Positions 1 to 9,253 are shown, counted from the stretch's first letter. The stretch is DNA of 58,096 nt from Candidatus Omnitrophota bacterium (GCA_016198905.1 JACQHR010000003.1:1-58096); one strand, 5' to 3'. Program-made: numbers and translations. Notes: generated by a model from the sequence alone, not told the origin.

Positions 1-103
1 CCAACGCCACGCACCCGCCGAGCGCGACGAGGAACAGCATCCCGCCTGCGATGAGGTCGAGCCGTTGACGCAGCGAGTAGGTCGGTCGCACCTGATCAGG
101 CAT
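1..103 (-). CDS. 5' end of an unidentified (probably membrane) protein gene running off the left edge
   Basis: Own reverse-strand translation from ATG at 103-101: MPDQVRPTYSLRQRLDLIAGGMLFLVALGGCVAL..., open to position 1, hydrophobic stretch. Too short for the ORF track, no family recognised. Confidence 0.25.
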   Translation of the reverse strand, partial: MPDQVRPTYSLRQRLDLIAGGMLFLVALGGCVAL

Positions 104-270
104 CAGAGAACATCCATAGAGTGCGTCCCAGAATATCGCGCGAGCCGCGTTGCGAGCGCCAGCGGGCCAGATGCCAGGAGCGACGACGACGGTGTACCCC
201 CTGTGGTACTCCGAGGAGGAGCGACGCCGCAGATGGCCCGCTGCCGCCGCAACCAATTGTCGGACTAGGG

Positions 271-375
271 GCTGGGCCGAGGTGCGTCGCCCCGCTTCGT
301 TGCTCGTCGCTCGCGTACTCGGCTGCGCGTACGCCACGCTCCTCGCGCCTTGCGAGCCTCGCACCTCGGCCCAGC
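271..375. repeat. GC-rich long-hairpin element, divergent copy
   Basis: Perfect 15-nt inverted repeat CTGGGCCGAGGTGCG (272-286) / CGCACCTCGGCCCAG (360-374) encloses about 73 nt with an inner GCGTAC..GTACGC hairpin. Its reverse complement partly resembles the cores at 30661-30797, 42261-42368 and 44434-44549. Confidence 0.45.
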
Positions 376-453
376 GCGGCCGCGGGGATTTATGAAACCG
401 GTTCTAGGCTCTACGCGTACGCTCTGAGCGAAAGGTTGCAGGGCATGGAGAGA

Positions 454-485
454 GCGGATGAAGAGATCGCGTCATCCGCTTTTTC
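454..485 (+). terminator. Intrinsic-terminator-like hairpin 10 nt upstream of the alaS start codon
   Basis: GCGGATGA (454-461), 10-nt loop, TCATCCGC (472-479), followed by TTTTT (480-484). No + strand gene lies upstream in the window. Confidence 0.45.
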
Positions 486-494
486 ATCTCTTCA

Positions 495-3233
495 ATGACG
501 ATCCCTATGATCAAGAGTGCGGAACTGCGAGAACGATACCTCACATTTTTTGAAGCGCACGGCCACACGCGCGTGCCGAGCGACTCGCTCATCCCCAGCG
601 GCGACCCGACGGTGCTGTTTACCTCGGCGGGGATGAATCAGTTTAAAGATTATTTTCTGGGCAAACGCACGGACCTCAAGCGCGCCACGTCGTGCCAGAA
701 ATGTCTGCGCACCGGCGACCTGGATCGCGTGGGCAAAACACCCAGCCATCATTCGTTCTTTGAAATGCTCGGCAACTTCTCTTTCGGCGATTACTTCAAG
801 GCCGAGGCGATCCAGTGGGCCTGGGAGTTCCTGACCGGCACGACGAACTTTGCCGGGACTCAACGAAGCACGCACCCGGACCTTTGCTTGAAGTTGCCGG
901 CCGCGAAGCTGTGGGTGAGCATCTACGAGGACGATGAGGAGGCCTTCAAACTCTGGCGCGCGCTCGGGGTGCCGGAGGATCGGATCAAGCGCTTCGGCCA
1001 GGCGGATAACTTCTGGCCGGCGAATGCGCCGAAGGAAGGCCCCAATGGCCCGTGCGGCCCGTGTTCCGAAATCTATTACGATCCCGATGGGGCGGTGCAC
1101 ACTCCAAAGTCCGTCGAAATCTGGAACCTCGTCTTCACGCAGTTTGATCGTCAGCCCGACGGGAGTTTGAAACCGCTGCCCAAGCCCAACATCGACACCG
1201 GCATGGGCCTCGAGCGGCTCACCCGTGTCCTTCAAGGCGTCGAGACGGACTACAAGACTGACTTGTTCGCTCCAATCGTTCATGCAATCGAGGACTTAGC
1301 CAAAAAACGAGGCCAAGAGCGCACGGAAACCGAGCGGCGCGCGGTCTACGCCATTGCAGATCATGTGCGCGCCATCGTGTTTCTTATCGCGGAAGGATTA
1401 TTACCGTCAAACGAATCGCGTGGGTACATCCTTCGCATGTTGATCAGGCGAGCCCATCGGCTTGGGCGTAGCGTGCTTGGTCTGCGTCCAGAGGAAAAGT
1501 TCAAACCGATGGGGCGTGGTTCAGCTCACGTGATTCTCGTCCACCTCCTCGACGACGTTCGTGCTGTCATGGCAGGGTCCCCGTATCATGAGGAGCTCGT
1601 TGCGCGGCGGGACGTGATTCAAGACGTCGTGCATCAGGAAGAAACCCAATTCGTTGAAACGCTGGCGAGCGGGACATCCAGACTCGAGGAGTTGATCGAG
1701 AAGCTTCGCGCGTCGAACCGGTCGGTCATTCCCGGCGAAGAAGCGTTCAAACTGTATGATACCTTCGGGTTTCCGTTTGAATTGACGGCGGACATAGCTG
1801 AAGAGCGAGGATTCACAGTCGATCATGCCGGGTTTGAGGCGGCACTCAAGGCCCAACAAGAGCGCTCGCGGGCGGCGAGCCAATTCAGCGGCGGCGTGTT
1901 TGTCGCCGATACGTTGCAGATTCGCAGCGCGGTCTCGTCGTTGCCGCCCAAGGAGCAACAGTTCGTCGGATACGACGGCCTTGAATCCGATGCGGGGCTC
2001 AAAGGCATCTGGGACGGCACGCAGTGGGTGACGAAAGCTAGCGAGGGACAATCGGTCGGCTTGGTGCTCGATCGCTCGCCGTTCTATGGCGAAGCCGGAG
2101 GGCAGATCGGCGATACCGGGCACGTCAACGGCCCGCGAGGCGAGGCCGTCGTCGAGCAAACCAGTTGGGTCGATGAGGTCTTGCTGCATCGGGCGACGAT
2201 TCAGCACGGCACGTTCAGCGTTCAGGAGACCGTGCGAGCGATGGTCGATCGCGAGCGTCGCCTGAAAGTCGCCCGTAGTCACACGGCGACCCACCTGTTG
2301 CATTGGGCGCTGCGCAAGGTGCTCGGGCCGGATGCGGTGCAAGCAGGATCCTACGTCGATGTCGAGCGCGTGCGGTTTGATTTCTCTTCGCTTAAGCCGC
2401 TGCAGGAAGAGCAACGCTACGAAGTGGAAGCGTTGGTGAATCGCCGCGTGCGGTTGGTCGATGAGGTGCACACCGAAAAGATGAAGCTCGAGGAAGCCAA
2501 ACGCGATGGTGCACTCGCCCTCTTCGGGGAAAAATATGGCGGCACCGTTCGCGTCGTCAACATCGGCGACTATTCAAAAGAACTTTGCGGCGGCACGCAC
2601 GTAGCGCATACCGGCTTTGTCGGCACGTTCATGATCGTCGCGGAAAGCTCCATTGCCGCGGGGACCCGTCGCGTGGAAGCCCTGGTCGGCGATGCGGCCG
2701 CTGCCGAACTCTCTCAGCACCAGCGGCTGTTGCACGATGCGGCCAAGCGATTGAGTCGTCCGGTGCAGGACGTTGTTCTGGGCCTTGAAGAGTTGTTGGA
2801 GCAATTGAAGCGTTCGGAACACGCTCGTAAAGCGCTGCAACTTGAGCTGGCGAAGGTCGAAGCAAGCCGATTGGTCGCCGAGGGCAAGCGCATCAACGGG
2901 GTGACCTTCGTGACCTCCACCATCAAGCAGGCGGATCGCGAGGTGCTGGCGATACTCGCCGATGCGATCAAGACCTCGCTGCAACGCGCCGGGGTGGTGC
3001 TGCTGGCGTCATCCGAAGGTCCGACACAAGTCTCTCTCGTCATGGCGACGACGAGTGATTTGACGACACGGCTTCATGCCGGACAGCTCCTCAAAGCCGT
3101 GGCTCCGCTGGCCAAAGGTAGCGGAGGCGGCCGGCCGGAGTTTGCGCAAGCCGGCGGCAAAGACCCTTCAGGCATTCCGGCGGCGTTGAAGCGCGCAGAA
3201 GAATTAGTTCGGGAGGCACTCGAGCGATCATGA
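495..3233 (+). CDS. alaS: Alanine--tRNA ligase
   Basis: 912-aa ORF. Typical AlaRS N-terminus (FFEAHGHTRVPSDSLIPSGDPTVLFTSAGMNQFK) and editing-domain HTATHLLH motif. Alternative ATG at 507. Confidence 0.95.
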   Translation: MTIPMIKSAELRERYLTFFEAHGHTRVPSDSLIPSGDPTVLFTSAGMNQFKDYFLGKRTDLKRATSCQKCLRTGDLDRVGKTPSHHSFFEMLGNFSFGDYFKAEAIQWAWEFLTGTTNFAGTQRSTHPDLCLKLPAAKLWVSIYEDDEEAFKLWRALGVPEDRIKRFGQADNFWPANAPKEGPNGPCGPCSEIYYDPDGAVHTPKSVEIWNLVFTQFDRQPDGSLKPLPKPNIDTGMGLERLTRVLQGVETDYKTDLFAPIVHAIEDLAKKRGQERTETERRAVYAIADHVRAIVFLIAEGLLPSNESRGYILRMLIRRAHRLGRSVLGLRPEEKFKPMGRGSAHVILVHLLDDVRAVMAGSPYHEELVARRDVIQDVVHQEETQFVETLASGTSRLEELIEKLRASNRSVIPGEEAFKLYDTFGFPFELTADIAEERGFTVDHAGFEAALKAQQERSRAASQFSGGVFVADTLQIRSAVSSLPPKEQQFVGYDGLESDAGLKGIWDGTQWVTKASEGQSVGLVLDRSPFYGEAGGQIGDTGHVNGPRGEAVVEQTSWVDEVLLHRATIQHGTFSVQETVRAMVDRERRLKVARSHTATHLLHWALRKVLGPDAVQAGSYVDVERVRFDFSSLKPLQEEQRYEVEALVNRRVRLVDEVHTEKMKLEEAKRDGALALFGEKYGGTVRVVNIGDYSKELCGGTHVAHTGFVGTFMIVAESSIAAGTRRVEALVGDAAAAELSQHQRLLHDAAKRLSRPVQDVVLGLEELLEQLKRSEHARKALQLELAKVEASRLVAEGKRINGVTFVTSTIKQADREVLAILADAIKTSLQRAGVVLLASSEGPTQVSLVMATTSDLTTRLHAGQLLKAVAPLAKGSGGGRPEFAQAGGKDPSGIPAALKRAEELVREALERS

Positions 3234-4450
3234 AACTGATTTCGACGACGAGTCAGGAGTGGCAGCGGCTCTGCGCGCGACAGACGGTGCGCAAGCGGCG
3301 CATCGAAGAGCGGGTTCGCACGATCGTCGATGACGTCTGTCAAGCCGGTGATGAAGCGTTGCTGCGCTACACGCGCCGGTTCGATCACGTGCGCCTCAAA
3401 TCCAGGCAGCTGCGCGTGACCGAGGCCGAAATCTCGGGTGCCTTTCAGCACTTGGATCCCAAGTTCGCGCTGCAGCTCAAGAGCGCCATTCAGAACGTCC
3501 AGACGTTCTACAGCCGGCCGCGGTTGAAGCCGATGCGCTGCTTCGATGGCGACGGCGTCGTGTTGGGCGAAAAGTTCGATCCGATTGGGCGTGTGGGAAT
3601 CTATATTCCCGGGGGCACGGCAAGCCTAGTCTCCACCGTCTACATGACGGTGATTCCCGCGAAGAAGGCGGGCGTGAAGCGCGTGATTCTGGCGACTCCG
3701 CCGAGAAAAGACGGCAGCATCGATCCGCACATTTTGGCGGTGGCGAGCTTGCTGGACGTCGATGAAGTGTACAAGATGGGCGGCGCGCAAGCGATTGCGG
3801 CGATGGCCTTCGGCACGAAGTCCATCCCCAAGGTCGATAAAATCGTTGGGCCGGGCAACGCCTATGTCGCGGAAGCGAAACGGCAGGTCTTCGGCTTCGT
3901 CGACGTCGACACGATTGCCGGGCCCTCGGAAATCGCGATCATCGCCAACCGGTATTCGAATACGCAGTATGTCCTCGCCGACCTCCTGGGGGAGACCGAG
4001 CACGCAGGCGGCATCGGGTTTCTCATCACGACCTCGAAGGCGTTGGCGAAATTGGCGCGCAAGCAGATTCCCGGCGGCTACTGTGTCATGGTCAAGAATG
4101 TAGACGAGGCCGTGGACGTGGCCAATCAGATTGCGCCGGAGCACTTGGAGATCATGGTGCGCCGGCCGCAGACACTCGCGCGCCGCATTACGCGCGCGGG
4201 GGCGATTTTCCTCGGGCAATACTCGCCGGTCACCGTCGGCGATTACGTGGCCGGACCCAGCCACGTGCTGCCCACGGGCGGAGCGGCCGGGACGTTCTCC
4301 GGACTTGGCCTCGATGATTTCATCCGCCGCACGCACCTCGTGACGTATACGAAAAAAGCGCTGGAGCGGATGCGCGAACCCTTGGAGCAGCTGACGAGCA
4401 TCGAGGGATTGCCGAAACATTTTGATGCGGTCAAAGTGCGGTTAACCTAA
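3230..4450 (+). CDS. hisD: Histidinol dehydrogenase
   Basis: 406 aa. GPSEIAIIA, APEHLEIMV and GDYVAGPSHVLPTGG motifs. ATGA overlap with the alaS stop. Confidence 0.93.
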   Translation: MKLISTTSQEWQRLCARQTVRKRRIEERVRTIVDDVCQAGDEALLRYTRRFDHVRLKSRQLRVTEAEISGAFQHLDPKFALQLKSAIQNVQTFYSRPRLKPMRCFDGDGVVLGEKFDPIGRVGIYIPGGTASLVSTVYMTVIPAKKAGVKRVILATPPRKDGSIDPHILAVASLLDVDEVYKMGGAQAIAAMAFGTKSIPKVDKIVGPGNAYVAEAKRQVFGFVDVDTIAGPSEIAIIANRYSNTQYVLADLLGETEHAGGIGFLITTSKALAKLARKQIPGGYCVMVKNVDEAVDVANQIAPEHLEIMVRRPQTLARRITRAGAIFLGQYSPVTVGDYVAGPSHVLPTGGAAGTFSGLGLDDFIRRTHLVTYTKKALERMREPLEQLTSIEGLPKHFDAVKVRLT

Positions 4451-4464
4451 ACGGATCGGACACG

Positions 4465-5067
4465 ATGAGACGAGCCACCATCACGCGCAAGAGCAAAGAA
4501 ACGAATATTACCGTCACCGTGAATCTGGACGGCCACGGGACGACGTCGGTCAAGACGGGCATCGCCTTTCTTGATCACATGCTGACGCTGTTTGGCACGC
4601 ACGGCCTCTTCGACCTGACCGTGAAGGCCACCGGCGACCTGGCCATCGATCTGCACCACACCAATGAGGACATCGGACTCGTGTTGGGGCAGGCGTTCGA
4701 CCAAGCGTTAGGTGACCGCAAGGGGATTACCCGCATGGGTTTTGCCTACGTGCCGATGGATGAAGCGCTGGCGCGCGTCGTGCTGGATATTTCCGGCCGG
4801 CCGAAACTGGTCTTCAAGGATGAGCGCGGCCGTCGCTCAAAGCACGCGCTGACCTCGAGCACTTCCTATCAATGGGGCGATGCCGAGCACTTCCTCGAGT
4901 CGTTTGCACGGACGGCGAAGCTGACGCTGCACATCGATATCCTCGCCGGCTCGGACTTTCACCACACGTGCGAGGCGGTGTTCAAGGCGCTGGGCCGGGC
5001 GTTGGAGCAGGCGACACGGCTGCATCCGCGCGTGAAAGGCATTCCATCGTCGAAGGGTTGTTTATAA
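4465..5067 (+). CDS. hisB: Imidazoleglycerol-phosphate dehydratase
   Basis: 200 aa. FLDHML, HHTNEDIGL and DFHHTCEAVFKALG motifs. Confidence 0.93.
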   Translation: MRRATITRKSKETNITVTVNLDGHGTTSVKTGIAFLDHMLTLFGTHGLFDLTVKATGDLAIDLHHTNEDIGLVLGQAFDQALGDRKGITRMGFAYVPMDEALARVVLDISGRPKLVFKDERGRRSKHALTSSTSYQWGDAEHFLESFARTAKLTLHIDILAGSDFHHTCEAVFKALGRALEQATRLHPRVKGIPSSKGCL

Positions 5068-5070
5068 GGA

Positions 5071-5145
5071 GGGGGCAGGGGGCAGGAGACGTGGGGCGCG
5101 GAAATCCGCATTTCCCATGCCCCGTGTCTCACGCCCCTTGCCCCT
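5071..5145. repeat. Heptamer hairpin cassette, GGGGCAG...GAGAC...CCCC-rich family
   Basis: Left arm GGGGGCAGGGGGCAGGAGACGTGGGGCG, inner perfect hairpin GGAAAT-CCGC-ATTTCC, and an imperfectly complementary right arm CATGCCCCGTGTCTCACGCCCCTTGCCCCT. It starts 4 nt after the hisB stop. Confidence 0.85.
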
Positions 5146-5166
5146 TCTGCATCTTCTGGAGCAGGA

Positions 5167-5796
5167 ATGATTGTGATTGTCGATTACGGCATGGGCAACT
5201 TGCGCAGCGTCTCGAAAGCCCTCGAGTCGCTCGGGGCTTCGGTGCGCGTCTCGAGCGATCCTCGTGACGTCGCGCAGGCGCAGAAGCTGATTCTTCCTGG
5301 CGTGGGGGCGTTTCCCGCTGCGATGCGGGAGCTGTCGTCGCGCACGCTGGTGGAACCCATCAAGACGGCGATCAGCAACGGCGTGCCGTACCTGGGCATT
5401 TGCCTGGGGCTACAGCTGTTGTTCGAATCCAGCGACGAGGGAGAGCAAACGACAGGGCTTGGCGTGTTGAAGGGACGTGTGACGCGCTTGGCAGTCAAAC
5501 CACCGCTGAAAATTCCGCACATGGGGTGGAATCAAGTAGCCAGCACACAGCACACAGCACACAGCACACAGCAACAATGTCCGCTGCTCAAAGGGATTCC
5601 GGAGAAGAGTTTCTTCTACTTTGTGCACTCGTATGCGGCGAAGCCGGCGGATCGATCCATCATCACATTGGAAGCGGAGTACGGCGAACCCGTGACGGCG
5701 ATGGTCTGGCAGCGCAACCTCTTCGCCACGCAGTTTCACCCTGAGAAAAGCCAAACGCTCGGCCTGAAATTGCTGCAGAATTTCATTAACTTGTAG
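5167..5796 (+). CDS. hisH: Imidazole glycerol phosphate synthase, glutamine amidotransferase subunit
   Basis: 209 aa. GICLGLQLL (catalytic Cys), HMGWNQV, FVHSY and QFHPEKS motifs. Carries an in-frame CAGCACA array. Confidence 0.92.
   Translation: MIVIVDYGMGNLRSVSKALESLGASVRVSSDPRDVAQAQKLILPGVGAFPAAMRELSSRTLVEPIKTAISNGVPYLGICLGLQLLFESSDEGEQTTGLGVLKGRVTRLAVKPPLKIPHMGWNQVASTQHTAHSTQQQCPLLKGIPEKSFFYFVHSYAAKPADRSIITLEAEYGEPVTAMVWQRNLFATQFHPEKSQTLGLKLLQNFINL
5541..5575 (+). repeat. (CAGCACA)4 plus one degenerate unit, in frame inside hisH
   Basis: Tandem heptamers read directly. Translated as STQHTAHSTQQ between the conserved HMGWNQV and PLLKGI blocks. Confidence 0.9.
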
Positions 5797-5801
5797 CTGA
5801 T

Positions 5802-5973
5802 GGCGGGTGGCAGGGGATGCCAGTGAGCCGGACCTGTGGAAGGGCGAGCGGCCATGGCTCCCACACCCAGTGCGCTGGGTGTGGGGGAGCGAGCCCTGGA
5901 ACCGGAGCGATGGCCCGACACGGTGGGGCGGGCCGAGCGTTCCGGCGAACGGCAACCCCTGACAGGACCCGCC
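5802..5973 (+). other. Highly structured GC-rich intergenic element (candidate ncRNA or repeat) between hisH and hisA
   Basis: Closing helix GGCGGGT..CAGGGG (5802-5816) / CCCCTG..ACCCGCC (5956-5973). Internal perfect hairpin CCACACCCA-GTGCGC-TGGGTGTGG. A second stem GGAGCG..GGCCCG / CGGGCC..GCGTTCC includes a G-U pair. Confidence 0.4.
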
Positions 5974-5994
5974 ACGGGGAAAAAGTGATGAACG

Positions 5995-6762
5995 ATGATT
6001 ATTATTCCTGCGATTGATTTGCTGGACGGAAAAGTCGTGCGGCTCATCCAGGGCCGGCGCGATGACGTGACCGTCTATTCCAACGATCCCTTGGCGACGG
6101 CCAAGCGGTGGGTGGATGCCGGAGCCACATGGCTGCACGTCGTGGACCTCAACGGCGCGTTCGATGGGACGTACATCAATTTGCCAATCGCGGAGCGAAT
6201 CATCAAGGCCAGCGGGATCAAGGTCGAGCTGAGTGGCGGCATTCGCACGGCGGAGACGCTCTCGCGCGCCGTCGCGGCCGGGGCCTCTCGCGTCATCCTC
6301 GGCACCAAGGCCTGCGAAGACCCGGAGTTTGTCCGCACGGCCGCCACACAATACGGACGCACGATCGCAGTGGCGATCGATGCGAAGGCCGGGCAAGTGG
6401 TCTCGCGCGGGTGGGTGTCGTCGACGGCGCTGACTCCTGCATCGTTAGCCCAGAGCGTGCTCGGGCTTGGCGTGACGACGATCATCTGCACGGACGTCAG
6501 CCGCGATGGGATGCTGCAAGGTCCCAACCTCTCGTTGCTGAGCGAGGTGTTGGACGTGGGATCGGTTGAGCTGATCGCCTCGGGCGGGATTTCGTCAGTG
6601 GCGGATTTGCAGAAGCTGAAGTCGCTTGAATCACGCGGGGTGATCGGGGCCATCGTCGGGAAGGCGCTGTATGAAGGAGCGATTGATCTTCGAGAGGCTA
6701 TCCGATTGCTAAGCACACAGCACACAGCACACAGCACACCGCCACCGCATCCGTTACACTAA
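5995..6762 (+). CDS. hisA: ProFAR isomerase (1-(5-phosphoribosyl)-5-[(5-phosphoribosylamino)methylideneamino]imidazole-4-carboxamide isomerase)
   Basis: 255 aa. MIIIPAIDLLDGKVVRL, SGGIRT and ASGGISS motifs. The last ~18 codons (STQHTAHSTPPPHPLH) are encoded by a CAGCACA array. Confidence 0.92.
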   Translation: MIIIPAIDLLDGKVVRLIQGRRDDVTVYSNDPLATAKRWVDAGATWLHVVDLNGAFDGTYINLPIAERIIKASGIKVELSGGIRTAETLSRAVAAGASRVILGTKACEDPEFVRTAATQYGRTIAVAIDAKAGQVVSRGWVSSTALTPASLAQSVLGLGVTTIICTDVSRDGMLQGPNLSLLSEVLDVGSVELIASGGISSVADLQKLKSLESRGVIGAIVGKALYEGAIDLREAIRLLSTQHTAHSTPPPHPLH

Positions 6763-6834
6763 CATGATCACCACGACGCAATCCTCTTCATCGAATGATA
6801 CTGTCTGCTGTGTGCTTTGTGCTTAGTGCTGAGC
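6708..6834. repeat. Heptamer hairpin cassette, CAGCACA family
   Basis: Left arm GCTAAGCACACAGCACACAGCACACAGCACACC (6708-6740). About 60-nt loop. Right arm CTGTCTGCTGTGTGCTTTGTGCTTAGTGCTGAGC (6801-6834) is its near reverse complement and ends 4 nt before the hisF ATG. Confidence 0.85.
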
Positions 6835-6838
6835 CGCG

Positions 6839-7314
<476 letters not shown>

Positions 7315-7321
<7 letters not shown>

Positions 7322-7764
7322 AGATGTATCTCCAGACACGCACCGAAGGATTTGGCGCGGAGCCGAAGCGGCGCATTCTGCTGGGCACCTACGTGCTCTC
7401 GCACGGCTACTATGACGCCTATTACCTCAAGGGCATGAAAGTGCGCACGCTCATCAAGCGGGATTTTGATGACGCCTTCAAACGCTGCGATGTCGTGGTG
7501 ATGCCTACGGCGCCCACGCCGGCATTCCGCATCGGCGAAAAACTCGATGATCCGCTGCAGATGTACCTCTCCGACATCTACACGATCTCCGCAAACTTGG
7601 CCGGGATCCCGGCGCTGTCGCTGCCGTGCGGGTTTTCCCGCGATGGGCTGCCCATCGGCATGCAACTGTTGGCTGCCCCCTTTAAAGAAGACGTCCTGTT
7701 GCGCGCGGCCTATGCGTATGAACACGCGACCGAGTGGCATCGTCGCCAGCCGGCGCTGACCTGA
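7315..7764 (+). pseudogene. gatA: gatA (Glu-tRNA(Gln) amidotransferase A subunit), C-terminal ~145 codons only
   Basis: [43 protein letters not shown]...[13 protein letters not shown] matches only the GatA C-terminus. The amidase-signature region is absent. The only start is TTG, and the frame is open back through the repeats to 7228. Confidence 0.8.
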
Positions 7765-9203
7765 TGGGGTACGAACCTGTCGTCGGACTTGAGGTCCACT
7801 TGCAGTTGAGCACGGTAACGAAGCTCTTCTGTGGGTGCGCCACGAAGTTTGGCGCGCCGCCGAACAGCCAAACGTGCCCGGTGTGTTTGGGGCTGCCCGG
7901 CGTGCTGCCCGTGCTCAACGCGCGCGCCCTCGAATGGGGGATCAAGCTCGGCGTGGCGCTGAACTGTCAGATCGCCGAGGTGATGAAGTTCGACCGCAAG
8001 CAATACTTCTATCCCGATTTGCCGAAGAACTACCAAATTTCTCAATACGACAAGCCGCTGGCCCACCACGGCCACTTGGACATCGTGGTCAACGGACAAC
8101 CCAAGCGCATCGGGATTACGCGCGTCCATTTGGAAGAGGATGCCGGCAAGTTGCTGCATGACGCGAGCCAGACCGAGAGTTTTGTCGACTTCAATCGCAC
8201 CGGCGTGCCGCTGCTGGAAATCGTCAGCGAGCCTGATCTGCGTTCGTCCGATGACGCGTACGAGTATGTGACTGAGCTCAAAGCCATCATCCAGTACTTG
8301 GACATCTCAACGTGCAATATGGAAGAGGGCAGTCTGCGGTGCGACACGAATGTGTCTCTGCGGCGTTCATCGACCGATCCGTTTGGATCGAAGGTGGAAG
8401 TCAAGAACCTCAACTCGTTCAAGGCGGTGAAGCTGGCGCTGGAGTATGAGCTGCAGCGGCAGGCGATGGCGCTCGATCAGGGCCAACGCATCAACCAAGA
8501 GACGCGCCTCTGGGATGCGAAAACGCTGCGCACCGAATCGATGCGCAGCAAGGAAGAAGCGGCGGACTATCGCTACTTTCCCGAGCCTGACCTCGTGCCG
8601 TTTACGATGAGCCGGGAGCAGGTCGACGCCATCCGGCGGCAGTTGCCCGAGCTGCCCGCGCAACGCGCGCAGCGATATCAAACGACCTATCAACTGTCAG
8701 CGTATGACGCGCAGGTGCTGACGCAGCATCACGTCCTCGGCGAACTCTTCGAAGACGCACTGCGCGCCGGTGCGCCGTCCAAACCAGTCGCGAACTGGAT
8801 CATGGGAGACCTGTTCGCGTATCTGAACGCGAAGGGTCTTGAACCCGAAGCCGTGAAACTTCGTCCCGAATGGCTGGCGCATCTGCTAGAATTGATAGCC
8901 AACGGCACGCTCTCCGGCAAGATGGCGAAAGACGTGTTCGTCCAGATGCTGGAGCGCGGCCAGGATCCGGTCGATCTTGTCAAGGAAGGCGGGTTGCAGC
9001 AAATCGTTGACGTCGGCGCGCTGGAGCAGATCGCGCAGGACGTGCTGAGCGCCAACCCGAAGTCCGTCGAGGATTATCGCAACGGCAAGATCAACGCCTT
9101 GACGCATCTCATGGGCCAGGCGATGAAACAATCAAAAGGGAAAGCGAATCCGCAACAGATGACCGAGCTCTTGAAGCGAAAACTTGAAGCCATTCCCAAA
9201 TGA
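7764..9203 (+). CDS. gatB: Asp/Glu-tRNA amidotransferase subunit B
   Basis: MGYEPVVGLEVHLQLSTVTKLFCGC N-terminus. ATG 7764 overlaps the gatA stop (TGATG). The ORF-track start at 7734 is rejected. Confidence 0.93.
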   Translation: MGYEPVVGLEVHLQLSTVTKLFCGCATKFGAPPNSQTCPVCLGLPGVLPVLNARALEWGIKLGVALNCQIAEVMKFDRKQYFYPDLPKNYQISQYDKPLAHHGHLDIVVNGQPKRIGITRVHLEEDAGKLLHDASQTESFVDFNRTGVPLLEIVSEPDLRSSDDAYEYVTELKAIIQYLDISTCNMEEGSLRCDTNVSLRRSSTDPFGSKVEVKNLNSFKAVKLALEYELQRQAMALDQGQRINQETRLWDAKTLRTESMRSKEEAADYRYFPEPDLVPFTMSREQVDAIRRQLPELPAQRAQRYQTTYQLSAYDAQVLTQHHVLGELFEDALRAGAPSKPVANWIMGDLFAYLNAKGLEPEAVKLRPEWLAHLLELIANGTLSGKMAKDVFVQMLERGQDPVDLVKEGGLQQIVDVGALEQIAQDVLSANPKSVEDYRNGKINALTHLMGQAMKQSKGKANPQQMTELLKRKLEAIPK

Positions 9204-9253
9204 GCGCAACGACGTGGGCAAGATATCAACGACGATGTGAGGGAGGTGGGGGG

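Noticed and set aside
104-494. Replication origin at the only divergent intergenic region.
   Set aside because: I found no TTATCCACA-type DnaA boxes, no AT-rich unwinding element and no dnaA/dnaN nearby. The region is GC-rich and dominated by the hairpin repeat.
5091-5267. Small Cys-rich ORF (VGRGNPHFPCPVSHAPCPFCIFW...) starting at a GTG inside the 5071-5145 hairpin, preceded by AGGAG.
   Set aside because: The equivalent positions of the sister cassettes (11809-11882, 22401-22486) give only 3-17-codon unrelated peptides. The ORF overlaps hisH out of frame, so it is most likely fortuitous.
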